Below, piece by piece: positions 46,448-56,800 of a stretch of DNA of 64,000 nucleotides. The DNA comes from Draconibacterium sp. (lineage in GTDB: Bacteria; Bacteroidota; Bacteroidia; Bacteroidales; Prolixibacteraceae), in NCBI GenBank assembly GCA_041583785.1, contig JBFHFE010000006.1, positions 44,409-108,408 of the forward strand. The letters are read 5' to 3'. A program made the position numbers and the translations under genes. Position 1 is the stretch's first letter. Every line of letters begins with the position of its first letter. The notes below the pieces were generated by a model that worked only from the letters and a program-made list of their open reading frames with translations, did not search any database and was not told the DNA's origin.

Positions 46448-47965
46448 ATGAATTCTGAAAAAAACTGGATGAAACTTTTTTATACCTGCAGCTTCCTTCT
46501 TCTCTTTTCATTTGTGCAAGCCCAACCCAAATACGAGTTTAGGGCTGTGTGGGTGGCTACAGTTGCCAACATCGACTGGCCATCGGCAAAAGGGCTAAGC
46601 ACCGACCAGCAGAAAAACGAAGCCATTGCAATACTCAACAAGCACCAACAACTGGGAATGAATGCCATTATCCTGCAGGTGAGGCCAACCGCCGATGCAT
46701 TTTATCCCTCAAAACTGGAACCCTGGTCGCGTTACATAAGCGGCACACAAGGGCAGGCGCCAAATCCCTTTTACGATCCGCTGAAATTTTGGATAGACGA
46801 ATGCCACAAACGCGGCATGGAATTACATGCCTGGCTGAATCCCTATCGCGTGTCGCAAAAATTCGATGAGCCGCTTTCTACGCAACACGTGGCCTTTCAG
46901 CATCCCGATTGGATTTTAAAGTATGGTAACAAATTATATTTTGATCCGGGAGTACCCGAAACCAGAAAATTTGTTGCCGAGGTGGTAAAAGATATTGTTG
47001 CCCGTTACGATGTAGACGCCATTCATTTCGACGATTATTTTTACCCATACCCGCTCGAAGAGGCCTTTCCTGATACAGCTTCATTCAGGCAATTTAACCG
47101 AGGATATTCCACCGAAAATATTGCCGACTGGCGTCGCGAAAATGTTGATATCTGCATTAAAATGCTAAACGATTCGATAAAAGCTACCAAACCATGGGTA
47201 AAGTTCGGAATCAGCCCTTTTGGAGTTTGGCGTAATAAAGAAAACGACCCGCGCGGCTCGGACACAAAGGCTGGAGCAACTAATTACGACCACCTTTATG
47301 CTAATATTATTAAATGGCAGGAAGCAGGTTGGATTGATTACTGTTTACCTCAGCTTTACTGGCGAATAGGGCATCCATTGGTCGACTTCGAGCTATTGGC
47401 AAACTGGTGGAAAAACCATGCCTACGGCCGGGCAATGTATATTGGTCACAGCGCTTACCGCGTGAATCCGGAATCGCAGATACACCAATGGACCGAAGCC
47501 GATCAGCTGCCAAAACAAATCAGGGTTTTACGAAGCATCCCCGAAATTACGGGCTCCGCCTATTTCAGCAGTAGAAGCTTTAATGGAAACCTGCTGGGTT
47601 TTCAAGATAGTCTGCGATTGAACCTATATAAAAAACCGGCAATTATTCCGCCAATGCCCTGGCTCGACAATACCCCGCCTAAAGCTCTTGCAAAAATCAA
47701 AAAATCGGGTAAAAAAGTAAAATGGAAAACCATTAATAATTCCAATGAAATGGATAAAGCCTGGCAATTTGTGGTTTATGTAAACGAAGAAGGGAAAGCA
47801 CTCAATACGCAGACAAGCGGCCAGATTGTAGACATAACCCGTATGCAGGAAATCCGATTCGACAGAAAAAACAAGAAGAAAAAGAAGTACGTAGTCCGGG
47901 TTTCGGTGCTCGACCGCTTGAACAATGAAAGCAGTTTGAGCCAGCCGGTAATTTTGAAGTTATAA
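46448..47965 (+). CDS. Glycoside hydrolase-like family 10 (DUF187/UPF0748, YddW/YngK-like) protein
   Basis: Signal peptide present. Contains EFRAVWVATVANIDWPS, GMNAIILQVRP, HAWLNPYR and IHFDDYFYP. Confidence 0.7.
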   Translation: MNSEKNWMKLFYTCSFLLLFSFVQAQPKYEFRAVWVATVANIDWPSAKGLSTDQQKNEAIAILNKHQQLGMNAIILQVRPTADAFYPSKLEPWSRYISGTQGQAPNPFYDPLKFWIDECHKRGMELHAWLNPYRVSQKFDEPLSTQHVAFQHPDWILKYGNKLYFDPGVPETRKFVAEVVKDIVARYDVDAIHFDDYFYPYPLEEAFPDTASFRQFNRGYSTENIADWRRENVDICIKMLNDSIKATKPWVKFGISPFGVWRNKENDPRGSDTKAGATNYDHLYANIIKWQEAGWIDYCLPQLYWRIGHPLVDFELLANWWKNHAYGRAMYIGHSAYRVNPESQIHQWTEADQLPKQIRVLRSIPEITGSAYFSSRSFNGNLLGFQDSLRLNLYKKPAIIPPMPWLDNTPPKALAKIKKSGKKVKWKTINNSNEMDKAWQFVVYVNEEGKALNTQTSGQIVDITRMQEIRFDRKNKKKKKYVVRVSVLDRLNNESSLSQPVILKL

Positions 47966-47992
47966 CAAAAAAATATCCATTGCAGTTGCTTA

Positions 47993-48391
47993 TTACTGCG
48001 GCGCCAAAACACAAAACGGATACCAGGGTAAATTCCTAACAATCCAAAACAATATTACCACCATAAAAATCACCCAGGGCGTTTTTGTGTGATAAAGCAA
48101 ATTGGGTAATTTCCATTTAAATGCTTTATTTAAAACAGGATGTGCATAATGGTAAAGAATTAAAAAAGACGCCGGAAGAAAAAGAAAATTGTAGCTCACC
48201 ACGCCTGCAATATCGAAATGCAACAAGCTATGTAAAGCTCTTTGCGAGCCACATCCCGGACAATATGCTCCCGTTAACGAATGAAACAGACATTTGGGAA
48301 ACAGGCTAACTTTATTCGGATCGAGTACAAAAAAAAGAACTGCTACACCTATAATTCCTAGTAGCAGTCCTCCTGTTAGAAATTTCTTCAT
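47993..48391 (-). CDS. DUF2752 domain membrane protein
   Basis: CLFHSLTGAYCPGCGSQRAL motif and 4 TM segments. Confidence 0.7.
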   Translation of the reverse strand: MKKFLTGGLLLGIIGVAVLFFVLDPNKVSLFPKCLFHSLTGAYCPGCGSQRALHSLLHFDIAGVVSYNFLFLPASFLILYHYAHPVLNKAFKWKLPNLLYHTKTPWVIFMVVILFWIVRNLPWYPFCVLAPQ

Positions 48392-48394
48392 CAG

Positions 48395-48688
48395 TTAAAA
48401 TTCACAACCACCAAATGCCAGGCCTGCAAACACACCTAACACCGACAACATGGTAATAATAATTGCAACAGCAATGCCACTTGCTAATCCAATCCAGGCC
48501 CACATTTTTGCATTTTTACTGGCATTTAACGCTCCTTCGTAATCGCCGGCATTCCATTTGGAATTTACCTGAGCCGCGAAAACAATTGAAACAATTCCCA
48601 ATATCTGACAGCAAAAAATGGTGACTAAAATTGCAAAAACAAGGTAATTTGGCGGAGGTGCCGCTGGTTTAGTTACTTGTACATTCAT
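48395..48688 (-). CDS. CD225/dispanin family membrane protein
   Basis: PPNYLVFAILVTIFCC..GIVSIVFAAQVNSKWNAGDYEGALNASKNAK is a typical CD225 core. Confidence 0.75.
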   Translation of the reverse strand: MNVQVTKPAAPPPNYLVFAILVTIFCCQILGIVSIVFAAQVNSKWNAGDYEGALNASKNAKMWAWIGLASGIAVAIIITMLSVLGVFAGLAFGGCEF

Positions 48689-49117
48689 AATTTATGCCGT
48701 TTTTTTTTTGATAATTAACAAAAAGAGATCATAAACAAATATACAAAAATAGTATACAAGCAACTAAACAATACTATTCTGTAAAACACGTAATAACTTC
48801 CTCCGTTCGATTCAGAATCTGAAGAAAAATATTAAAACAAACTGAGGCAATTACTCAAACCATTTCGTATTCATTTTGAACCAATATATCGTTCAAATCT
48901 TCAATGCTTCGGCAAACAAGCCACTCCATATCACCTCTTTATAAATCAAATACACACATTAACATCTTCTTAACAGCCTTTTGCTAAACCAGTAAAAGAG
49001 TTATTTGTCTTAAATGTGTGTTTAGGCAAAGAATAAAAATATTATTCATTTTTTTTTCGCAGAGGTTTTACCACCAAACACAAGTCATAGTACAACAGAA
49101 TTGAAAACAAAACTAAA

Positions 49118-51586
49118 ATGAAAACGATAAGCCTACTAGGAATGCTACTTTGCCTTAGCTTGTTGGCAAAATCCAATACCTTATTAAATAATGAAGACGA
49201 TTCGGGAGATAAAGGAGGCAAAGTTACCGGAGCCATAATAGACAGAACTACAAAAAAACCAATGTCCTATGCAAACGTTGCCATTTACACCCTGCAAGAT
49301 TCAGGTCTGATTTCGGGTGGAATAACAAATGATGATGGTCGGTTTGAAATCTCCAACCTGAAATTTGGAGACTTTTATTTGGAAGCACAATTTATCGGCT
49401 TTGATAAAACAAGTATTTCGAATATATCTCTTGATAGAAAAAATTCGTCGGTAGACATTGGAATGATAGAATTAAGCCCTTCCTCAATCGAATTAAACGA
49501 GGTAAATGTGGTAGCCGACAAGGCTTTGGTAGAATACAAACTTGATAAAAAAGTGGTAAACGTAAGCCAGGTACTTAGTGCAATTGGCGGAACAGCGGTA
49601 GATGTGCTCGAAAATACCCCATCAATCCAGGTTGACATTGAAGGGAATGTCTCATTACGTGGTTCTGGCAATTTTACCGTACTTATCGATGGGCGACCAA
49701 GCATTCTTAGCGGCAGCGATGCTTTACGCCAAATCCCCTCTTCTGCTATCGAAAATATTGAAATTATTACCAATCCTTCTGCCAAATATGAACCCGATAG
49801 AACGGCGGGAATAATAAACCTGGTAATGAAAAAAAATTCGATGAACGGTTTAAATGGAATAGTAAACACCAGCCTTGGAACAGGTGATAAATACCGCAGT
49901 GATTTTATGCTCAATTATAAACTTGAAAATGTGAATTGGTTTTTTGGAGCAGATTGGCGCGATGAAAACAATAAGGGAGAGATTACCTTAGAACGAGAAA
50001 CCTACTACAACGACACTACTGAATTCGTAAAAATAAAAGGGGATAGAAACAGAATTCGCGGCGGATACAGCATAAAAGGAGGGGCTGATTGGCATCTTAG
50101 CAAACGCAGTACATTAACGCTTTCCGGCGAATTTGGTAATTCAAATGGCGAATCCGGAGGAGGTGGTACAAACGAAAATTACACCACACCTACATCTGAA
50201 CACATTTACTCCGTAACCGAGGAAGTATCCGAACGGAACACTGATTTTTATACCCTTAACATGAATTTCCAACACAAATTTAACGATGAAGGGCACAACG
50301 TCGATGCATCCATATTTTATTCTGATGAGAGCGGTACAGATACTGACATAGAAGGCGAACTGCTCGCCAACGAGAATTTTGTACCGGGAAGCGAATATCT
50401 TTCGAGAATATCGACACTTGAAACCGAAGAAGAACAAGATATACGTATGAAACTTGATTACACCTACCCATTCAGTAAAACGGGCCGATTGGAAGCGGGA
50501 TATCAGGGCCGGCTGGAAGACGAAACCGAGGCTCTTGAATTTCGCGACTATGCACAGGGAAGCGATTTGTGGATTATAAATGAAGAGTATACCAGTTCTA
50601 CCGATTTCAAAAGACACATTCATGCGGCATATGCTACGTACAGCAATAAATTGGGTAGAATACAATTCATGGGCGGATTACGTGGCGAATTAACCCAAAG
50701 AGAAATTATGAACTCGCAAGCTGCTCAGGCTTCAAAACTAGACCGTTTTGATGTATTTCCCACAGCTCACCTTTCGTATCCTCTGGGAAAATCAACCGAC
50801 TTAACAACAAGTTACAGCCGACGAATTAACCGTCCGGGTGGTCGCGACCTTGACCCAACACCCACTTATTATAACCGATATACAATTCGTTATGGAAATC
50901 CCGATTTGGAACCTGAATATACCAACTCTTTCGAAATTGGGGCGATGAAACGTTTTGGAGAAAGCCGCTCATTTATTACGGCAGATCTATTCAGAAGAGT
51001 AACCAATAACAAGATACAACGACTTGAAAAACAGGGAGATAATGATGTTTTTTATCTCTACACCGACAATTTTGATAAAGACTATTCCACCGGTATTGAA
51101 GTAAGCGGAAACCTTAACTACAAAGAGTGGCTAATACTAAATGCCAGTATGAATGTTTTTAAATATAAACTAACCGGCGAGCTTGATAACGAGTCCATCG
51201 ACACGAGAAGTACAAACTGGGGAGGCCGACTAAACAGCACATTTAAATTAGCAGAAAACTCCCGTCTTCAGGTAACTTCATTTTTTGTAGGGCCATCCAC
51301 ATCGGCCCAGGGAGAAACCGGAAGCATGTTTTTTACCAATTTGTCGTATCGTCACGAATTCTTAAAGAAAAAATTATCGGCTACACTTAGCCTGCGCGAT
51401 CCATTTGGAACAGCCAAATACGAACGAAAATCATACGACGACAGTTTTAAAAGCTGGTTTCGCATGCAGCGGGAACCACGCGTACTTTTCCTAACCTTAA
51501 GCTATAAAATAAATAACTTTAAAGAAGAACGAAGCAGCGAAGGTGGCGGGGGCAGAGGAATGGATATGGATGCTGGAGAATTTTAG
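49118..51586 (+). CDS. TonB-dependent receptor / OM beta-barrel family protein with a CarboxypepD_reg domain
   Basis: 822 aa. Contains GAIIDRTTKKPMSYANVAIY...DDGRFEISNL and a plug (VLENTPSIQVDIEGNVSLRGS). C-terminal Phe. Confidence 0.8.
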   Translation: MKTISLLGMLLCLSLLAKSNTLLNNEDDSGDKGGKVTGAIIDRTTKKPMSYANVAIYTLQDSGLISGGITNDDGRFEISNLKFGDFYLEAQFIGFDKTSISNISLDRKNSSVDIGMIELSPSSIELNEVNVVADKALVEYKLDKKVVNVSQVLSAIGGTAVDVLENTPSIQVDIEGNVSLRGSGNFTVLIDGRPSILSGSDALRQIPSSAIENIEIITNPSAKYEPDRTAGIINLVMKKNSMNGLNGIVNTSLGTGDKYRSDFMLNYKLENVNWFFGADWRDENNKGEITLERETYYNDTTEFVKIKGDRNRIRGGYSIKGGADWHLSKRSTLTLSGEFGNSNGESGGGGTNENYTTPTSEHIYSVTEEVSERNTDFYTLNMNFQHKFNDEGHNVDASIFYSDESGTDTDIEGELLANENFVPGSEYLSRISTLETEEEQDIRMKLDYTYPFSKTGRLEAGYQGRLEDETEALEFRDYAQGSDLWIINEEYTSSTDFKRHIHAAYATYSNKLGRIQFMGGLRGELTQREIMNSQAAQASKLDRFDVFPTAHLSYPLGKSTDLTTSYSRRINRPGGRDLDPTPTYYNRYTIRYGNPDLEPEYTNSFEIGAMKRFGESRSFITADLFRRVTNNKIQRLEKQGDNDVFYLYTDNFDKDYSTGIEVSGNLNYKEWLILNASMNVFKYKLTGELDNESIDTRSTNWGGRLNSTFKLAENSRLQVTSFFVGPSTSAQGETGSMFFTNLSYRHEFLKKKLSATLSLRDPFGTAKYERKSYDDSFKSWFRMQREPRVLFLTLSYKINNFKEERSSEGGGGRGMDMDAGEF

Positions 51587-51613
51587 TCTATTATAAAAAC
51601 AGTATTTCCCAAA

Positions 51614-52048
51614 ATGATTAAAATTCTTCAGGTACAAACTATTCATTTTGCCGTAAAGCTTCTGAATCAGATTCCCGAGTTTACCGGAGAATTTACAGTT
51701 TCGTATTTGCAAAAGCGTTTAAAAACTGATGCAATTGTTTTGGTAGCTTTTAGTGAAGATAAGCCTGTTGGCTGCAAAATTGCTTACGAACGCTTCTCCG
51801 ATGGCTCGCTGTACTCGTGGTTAGGTGGTGTGCTTCCTACCTACCGAAAACAAGGCATTGCCCAAATGCTTAATCGCAAAATGGAAACGCTGGCCAAAGG
51901 CAAAGGCTACACTTCAATGACCTTTAAAACACGCAACAAGCACAAAGCCATGCTTCAGTTTGGCTTAAAAAACGGGTATCAAATTATCGGTTTCGAAGAA
52001 AAAGAGGATATTTCTGAAAATAGAATTATTCTAAAAAAGCTTCTTTAA
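51614..52048 (+). CDS. GNAT family N-acetyltransferase
   Basis: Acetyl-CoA-binding motif region (GGVLPTYRKQGIAQML). Confidence 0.7.
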   Translation: MIKILQVQTIHFAVKLLNQIPEFTGEFTVSYLQKRLKTDAIVLVAFSEDKPVGCKIAYERFSDGSLYSWLGGVLPTYRKQGIAQMLNRKMETLAKGKGYTSMTFKTRNKHKAMLQFGLKNGYQIIGFEEKEDISENRIILKKLL

Positions 52049-52054
52049 TATGCT

Positions 52055-52137
52055 TGTCATTTCGAAGGAAGAATAACTGAGAAATCGGTTTCTTCAGCAC
52101 AATTGACAGGAGATTTCTCACTGCGTTCGAAATAACA
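52055..52137. repeat. REP-like palindromic element (R3 family), copy 2
   Basis: Left arm tgtcatttcgaagg..tgagaaatc; right arm gagatttctcactgcgttcgaaataaca. Same arm core as 9228-9305. Confidence 0.6.
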
Positions 52138-52152
52138 ACATTGCATAAAAAC

Positions 52153-52205
52153 GAATTTTTCAGTTATGTAACTGATTTTTCAGTTGCAAAACTGAAAAAT
52201 CAGTT
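52153..52205 (+). promoter_or_regulatory. Nested CAGTT/AACTG repeats, including a perfect 16-bp inverted repeat ending 3 nt before the ATG
   Basis: AACTGATTTTTCAGTT (52170-52185), loop gcaa, AACTGAAAAATCAGTT (52190-52205). Also CAGTTAtgTAACTG (52161-52174). Confidence 0.6.
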
Positions 52206-52207
52206 GT

Positions 52208-53434
52208 ATGTTTGTTGTCATGATGAACAAACTATTTATATCCTTTGTATTTATTCATTTTTGTTTAGCTGTTTTCTCGCAAAACGAAAAACTCGAGCAA
52301 GTACTAGCTAAACTTTCAGAAATAAAAAGTTACAGCTGCTTAAACAGCCACTCATCCGACTTTCCTTTTCCACTTGTATACGAAGCACAAACCACCTTTG
52401 CCTTAACCAGCGAAGAATTTAACGACTCGGCTTTCTGTTACGTTTTCGATTATTTGCCAACCGTGGAAAACAAAGACCAAACAAGTGACTTTTCGTTGTA
52501 CAATGGCAACGAAGTTATTTCGATGTACGATGGAGAAGTAAGAAGAACAAGCCGTGCCGATAAACCGGAAGCCTTTAAAGCCCATGAAACGGACGGACCA
52601 TTTGGAAAAATGACAAGTCCGGCAAAGCACAAAAGTCCTTCGTTTTATAATTATCTAATTCCTCAGCTTTGCGCAAGTTTGCAAGAACTAAAAGATGAGC
52701 TTCAAATAAAACCCGACACACTCATCAATGGAACACCGCATTTCCATTTTCACTATCAGGAAGAAATGGAGATTCCTGGAAACAAAACATCAGCAGTGAC
52801 TCAAGATTACTATTTTAACGCAAACAACTATCTGCCAGCATTATGCACTCGAAATGCGAATTCAATAATGGGTCAACAAAACATTCGTATTGAATACTCA
52901 AATTTTGAATTGATAAACAATGTTTCGTTAACTACTTTTAACGAAGACTTGTATATAGATAAGCAGCGAGTGGTAAATGTTTCGAAACGCAAAACATCCG
53001 ACTCTTTTATTAATACTCAAGCCATTGATTGGCATTTAAAATCAGTGGCAAACGATTCACTTGTATCGCTTTCGCAATTTGCAGGCAAAACCGTGGTTAT
53101 GGAGTTTACGGCCACCTGGTGCGGACATTGCTGGGAAGCTGCCCTTGCCATGAACGAATTACACGAGAAGCTTAAAAATGATGAAAACATCGTTCTTTTA
53201 AGTATTTTCAGTAGTAATGTTGACAAAAAGAATTTGGTTGAGAATTTTGTAAAAAAACTTGAAATTAAAAACACGGTTTTGTATGATGCCGAAGAGGTTG
53301 GGGAAAAATACGAGGTAAGAAACTACCCTGCATTTTTTATTCTTGATAAAACCGGAAGAATTGTGAAACATTACTACGGCTATTCAAAAAACATTGAAAA
53401 AAAGGTGGTAGATATATTGAACGAAATAAAATAA
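52208..53434 (+). CDS. TlpA/redoxin-family thiol-disulfide oxidoreductase with an N-terminal extension
   Basis: C-terminal thioredoxin fold with the WCGHC active site (FTATWCGHCWEAA). The N-terminal ~260 aa is an uncharacterised domain. The start could instead be at 52220. Confidence 0.7.
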   Translation: MFVVMMNKLFISFVFIHFCLAVFSQNEKLEQVLAKLSEIKSYSCLNSHSSDFPFPLVYEAQTTFALTSEEFNDSAFCYVFDYLPTVENKDQTSDFSLYNGNEVISMYDGEVRRTSRADKPEAFKAHETDGPFGKMTSPAKHKSPSFYNYLIPQLCASLQELKDELQIKPDTLINGTPHFHFHYQEEMEIPGNKTSAVTQDYYFNANNYLPALCTRNANSIMGQQNIRIEYSNFELINNVSLTTFNEDLYIDKQRVVNVSKRKTSDSFINTQAIDWHLKSVANDSLVSLSQFAGKTVVMEFTATWCGHCWEAALAMNELHEKLKNDENIVLLSIFSSNVDKKNLVENFVKKLEIKNTVLYDAEEVGEKYEVRNYPAFFILDKTGRIVKHYYGYSKNIEKKVVDILNEIK

Positions 53435-53443
53435 AAATACAAG

Positions 53444-53812
53444 ATGGGAGCAATGAAAAAACTAACACGAAAAGAAGAGGAGTTGATGAAAATCCTCTGG
53501 AAACTGGAAAAAGCTTTTGTTAAAGATATTGTGGAATTGTACCCCGACCCTAAACCGCATTACAATACCATCTCTTCGTTGGTGCGTTTACTGCAAGACA
53601 AAGGCGTAATTGGCTTTACGCAATACGGAAACACCTACCAATATTTTCCATTGATTTCGAAAGAAGAGTACCGTCGTTCGTTTATGGGCGAAATTGTGAG
53701 CGACTACTTCGACAATTCGTACAAAAGTGCAGTGGCCTTTTTTGTAAAGGAGAAAAACCTCTCGGACGAAGAAATTGACGAGCTGGTAAAACTTATTAAA
53801 GACAAAAAGTAA
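53444..53812 (+). CDS. BlaI/MecI/CopY family transcriptional repressor
   Basis: 122 aa winged-helix (LTRKEEELMKILWKLEKAFVKDIVE...). Followed by an overlapping M56 peptidase gene. Confidence 0.8.
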   Translation: MGAMKKLTRKEEELMKILWKLEKAFVKDIVELYPDPKPHYNTISSLVRLLQDKGVIGFTQYGNTYQYFPLISKEEYRRSFMGEIVSDYFDNSYKSAVAFFVKEKNLSDEEIDELVKLIKDKK

Positions 53813-56800
53813 TGGAAACCTTCCTCATTTATATTGGCAAATCGGCGCTGGCTGCCGGAGCTTTCTACCTGGCCTACCTCGCACTTTTTCAGCACCAAAA
53901 ACATTTTCTGTTTAACCGAATTTATTTACCGGTTTCCTTAGCTGTAAGTTTTTTAATTCCACTAATAACTTTTACAAGCATTCGGTACATCCAACCGGTA
54001 CAAACAGAAATTTCAAACAGCTTTGCCTATTTGCCCGCAGCAACACCTGTTGCCGAACCCGAATTTGTTTACCAGTGGTATCATTATTTGTTTGCCCTCT
54101 ATTTATTGGGTGCCATTGCATTTTGTGGCAACCTTATTTTTGGCCACCTTAAAGTCATAAACATTGTACGCTTTAGCCGTTTAAAAGAAATTTTTGGCGT
54201 TAATGTAAACATAAGCCCTCTCGATGTTCATCCCTTCTCATTTTTTAATCGTATTGTGCTTTCTAAAAAAACGCTAAACGACCCGAACCTCGATATGATT
54301 GTTAGTCACGAGTTGGTTCATGTTAGCGAAAAACACACTCTAGACATTCTTTTTACCGAGCTGCTATTTTTGCTGCAGTGGTTTAACCCCTTTGCCTGGT
54401 TAATTCGCGATGCCGTTCGTAGCAACCTCGAATACCTTACCGACGATCAGATAACAAAACAATACAATGCCGAAACTTATCAACTAGCCATGGTAGGTTT
54501 AGCGCATAAAAAAGGAGTGGCTCCCTTTTTAACTGCGCTTAACGGCTCGCAACTAAAAACCAGAATTATTATGATGAAAAAGAAAACAGAAAATCGGTAC
54601 AGCCTGCTGAAACAGCTGGTTGTACTTCCGCTTTTGGCCATTTTGGTTATGGGCTTATCAAACAAAGAAGTGAAAACCGAGTTTGTGCAGGCTGAAAAAG
54701 AAATTCAGATTGTGGTGGATGGTGTTGAACTTCCTTCCAACCATTCTGCTTTAGAATCGGTTGACTTCTCCACTAAATTCGACGGCGAGGTGGTTATAGA
54801 AGCCTTAGGAATAAAAAATAAGGTAGTTGCTAATACGCTTGCACTTGAAGATGGTTCAGAAAGTGGCACTTACTACATTCAAACTACTGATTACAAGGAA
54901 GGAGCAAACCCTAATTTTGAATATTTTGTAAATGGATATCGCTCAACCAATGATAGATTTAAAACCATACAAAAGGTAAATAACTCAAACATAGTAATAG
55001 GAAAAATTAAAGATATTTATTCCAATTTACCTATTCAAGGGGCTTCAATACAAATTGATGTTCTAGGGCTTGATGTTAGTTCTGATAAAAATGGTAATTA
55101 CAATATGAGCTTTGGCAAAAATAAGGAGCCTTTGGTAATTCAAGTTTCTGCAGAGGGCTACTATGATAATAAAGTGATGTATTATGGAACCGATTCAGAA
55201 TTAGATATTTCTTTAGTACCCATAGAGAACCTTTCAGAAAAGAACACCATAGAAAAAGTATCTAAAGAAAAGGGGAAACCAAATAAAACACTTTATACCG
55301 TTGACGGAAAAATACTTAGCGAAAAAGAAGCAAAAGAAATTACCATTACCGGTAAAGTTACCAACGAAAAAGGAGAGCCAATCGCTTCATCTGCCACTTT
55401 AGCAAAGGATACAAAAACGGATATCCGTGCCAATTTATCTGGTAACTATGAACAAAAAGCAGGTGAAAAACAAGACATCGGAAAGGTTACATTAGCGGTG
55501 ATTCCTAAGGAAGAAGGAGCAGCTGAAAACGACCAATATGACAGGATATTGAATTTCGATACGGGAAAAACAGAGCTTGTAGCAAAGAAATACATTACCG
55601 GAAAAGTTACCGACACTGATGGAAACCCAGTTTCAGGAGTTAGCGTTTCTATTCTGAACAAAAGCATTGGCGACAAAACCGATTCGGAAGGAAATTTTAA
55701 AATCGCAACAAAAAATCGTGATATAACTCTTTCCGCCTGGGCCGATGGGTACAACGAGCAGCAGATTGAAGTTAACGGACGTGAAGAAGTAAATATCAGA
55801 CTAATTGCAGGAATCAACTCAGACGAGGTTATAGTAGTTGGTTATGGAAAACTTAAAGCCGAAGACAGTACGAAAGTTAGAGTTACAGGCAATGGTAAAA
55901 TGAAAGACGACACACCCGTTTGGGTAAAAGCAAAATTGTCGGGGAATGCTGAAAATCAACCTTTGTATTTTGTCGATGGCAAAGAAGTAGCAAGTATCGA
56001 GCATCTTGACCCAGAAAGTATTGAATCCATATCGGTTTTAAAAGACAAACAAGCCGAAAACCTATACGGAGAAAAAGGGAAAAATGGCGTGATACTAGTA
56101 ACCACAAAAGCCATTGACAAATCTCAAAAGCAATTCGATGCTACAGATAAAATTATAATTGTTGACGGGAAAAGTTTTGATGGTGATTTAAACGACATCG
56201 ACCCGAACGATATTTCAAGTATTAACGTGCAGAAAAACAAAGTCGACAACAATAGTTACGATGGCAATACACCGAAAAAAGATAAAATAATTATTCAGAC
56301 GAAAACAAAATACAATTCGCCAACTCCTTTAATAATTGTGGATGGCGTAAAATTCGAAGGTGATATGAATGAAATTGATCCGGAAGATATTGAAAGCGTG
56401 TCGGTTTTAAAAGATGCTTCGGCAATTGACAATTTTGGAGAAGAAGCAAAAGATGGGGTAGTATTAATTACAACAAAATCTAACTCAATAAAAATTACTT
56501 CAGAACTTGAACTACGCAAGTTTATTGCCCAGAGAATTAGATATCCTTTAAAACCTCAAGAGCATAATATTGAAGAAACCGTTCAGCTTTTTGTAAAAAT
56601 TGATAACGGAGGAAGGCTGTTTCCTATACCTCAGGAAAATGCAGCAGCCGATGTTTTTCTTGAGGATGTGGTTGTAGTAGGTTATCAAACAGACAAAACA
56701 CAAACCAGCGATATTTTAACCGGTGACTTCTCGAAATATTTTTCAACTGAAGTTAAAAGAGTGGTCTACCAAATTCCTAAGCTCGACATGGATCAATACA

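Noticed and set aside
49375-49914. 179-aa and 174-aa minus-strand ORFs (49375-49914, 50141-50665) inside the TBDR gene
   Set aside because: These are antisense shadow ORFs within a clear TonB-dependent receptor CDS. They have no independent signals.
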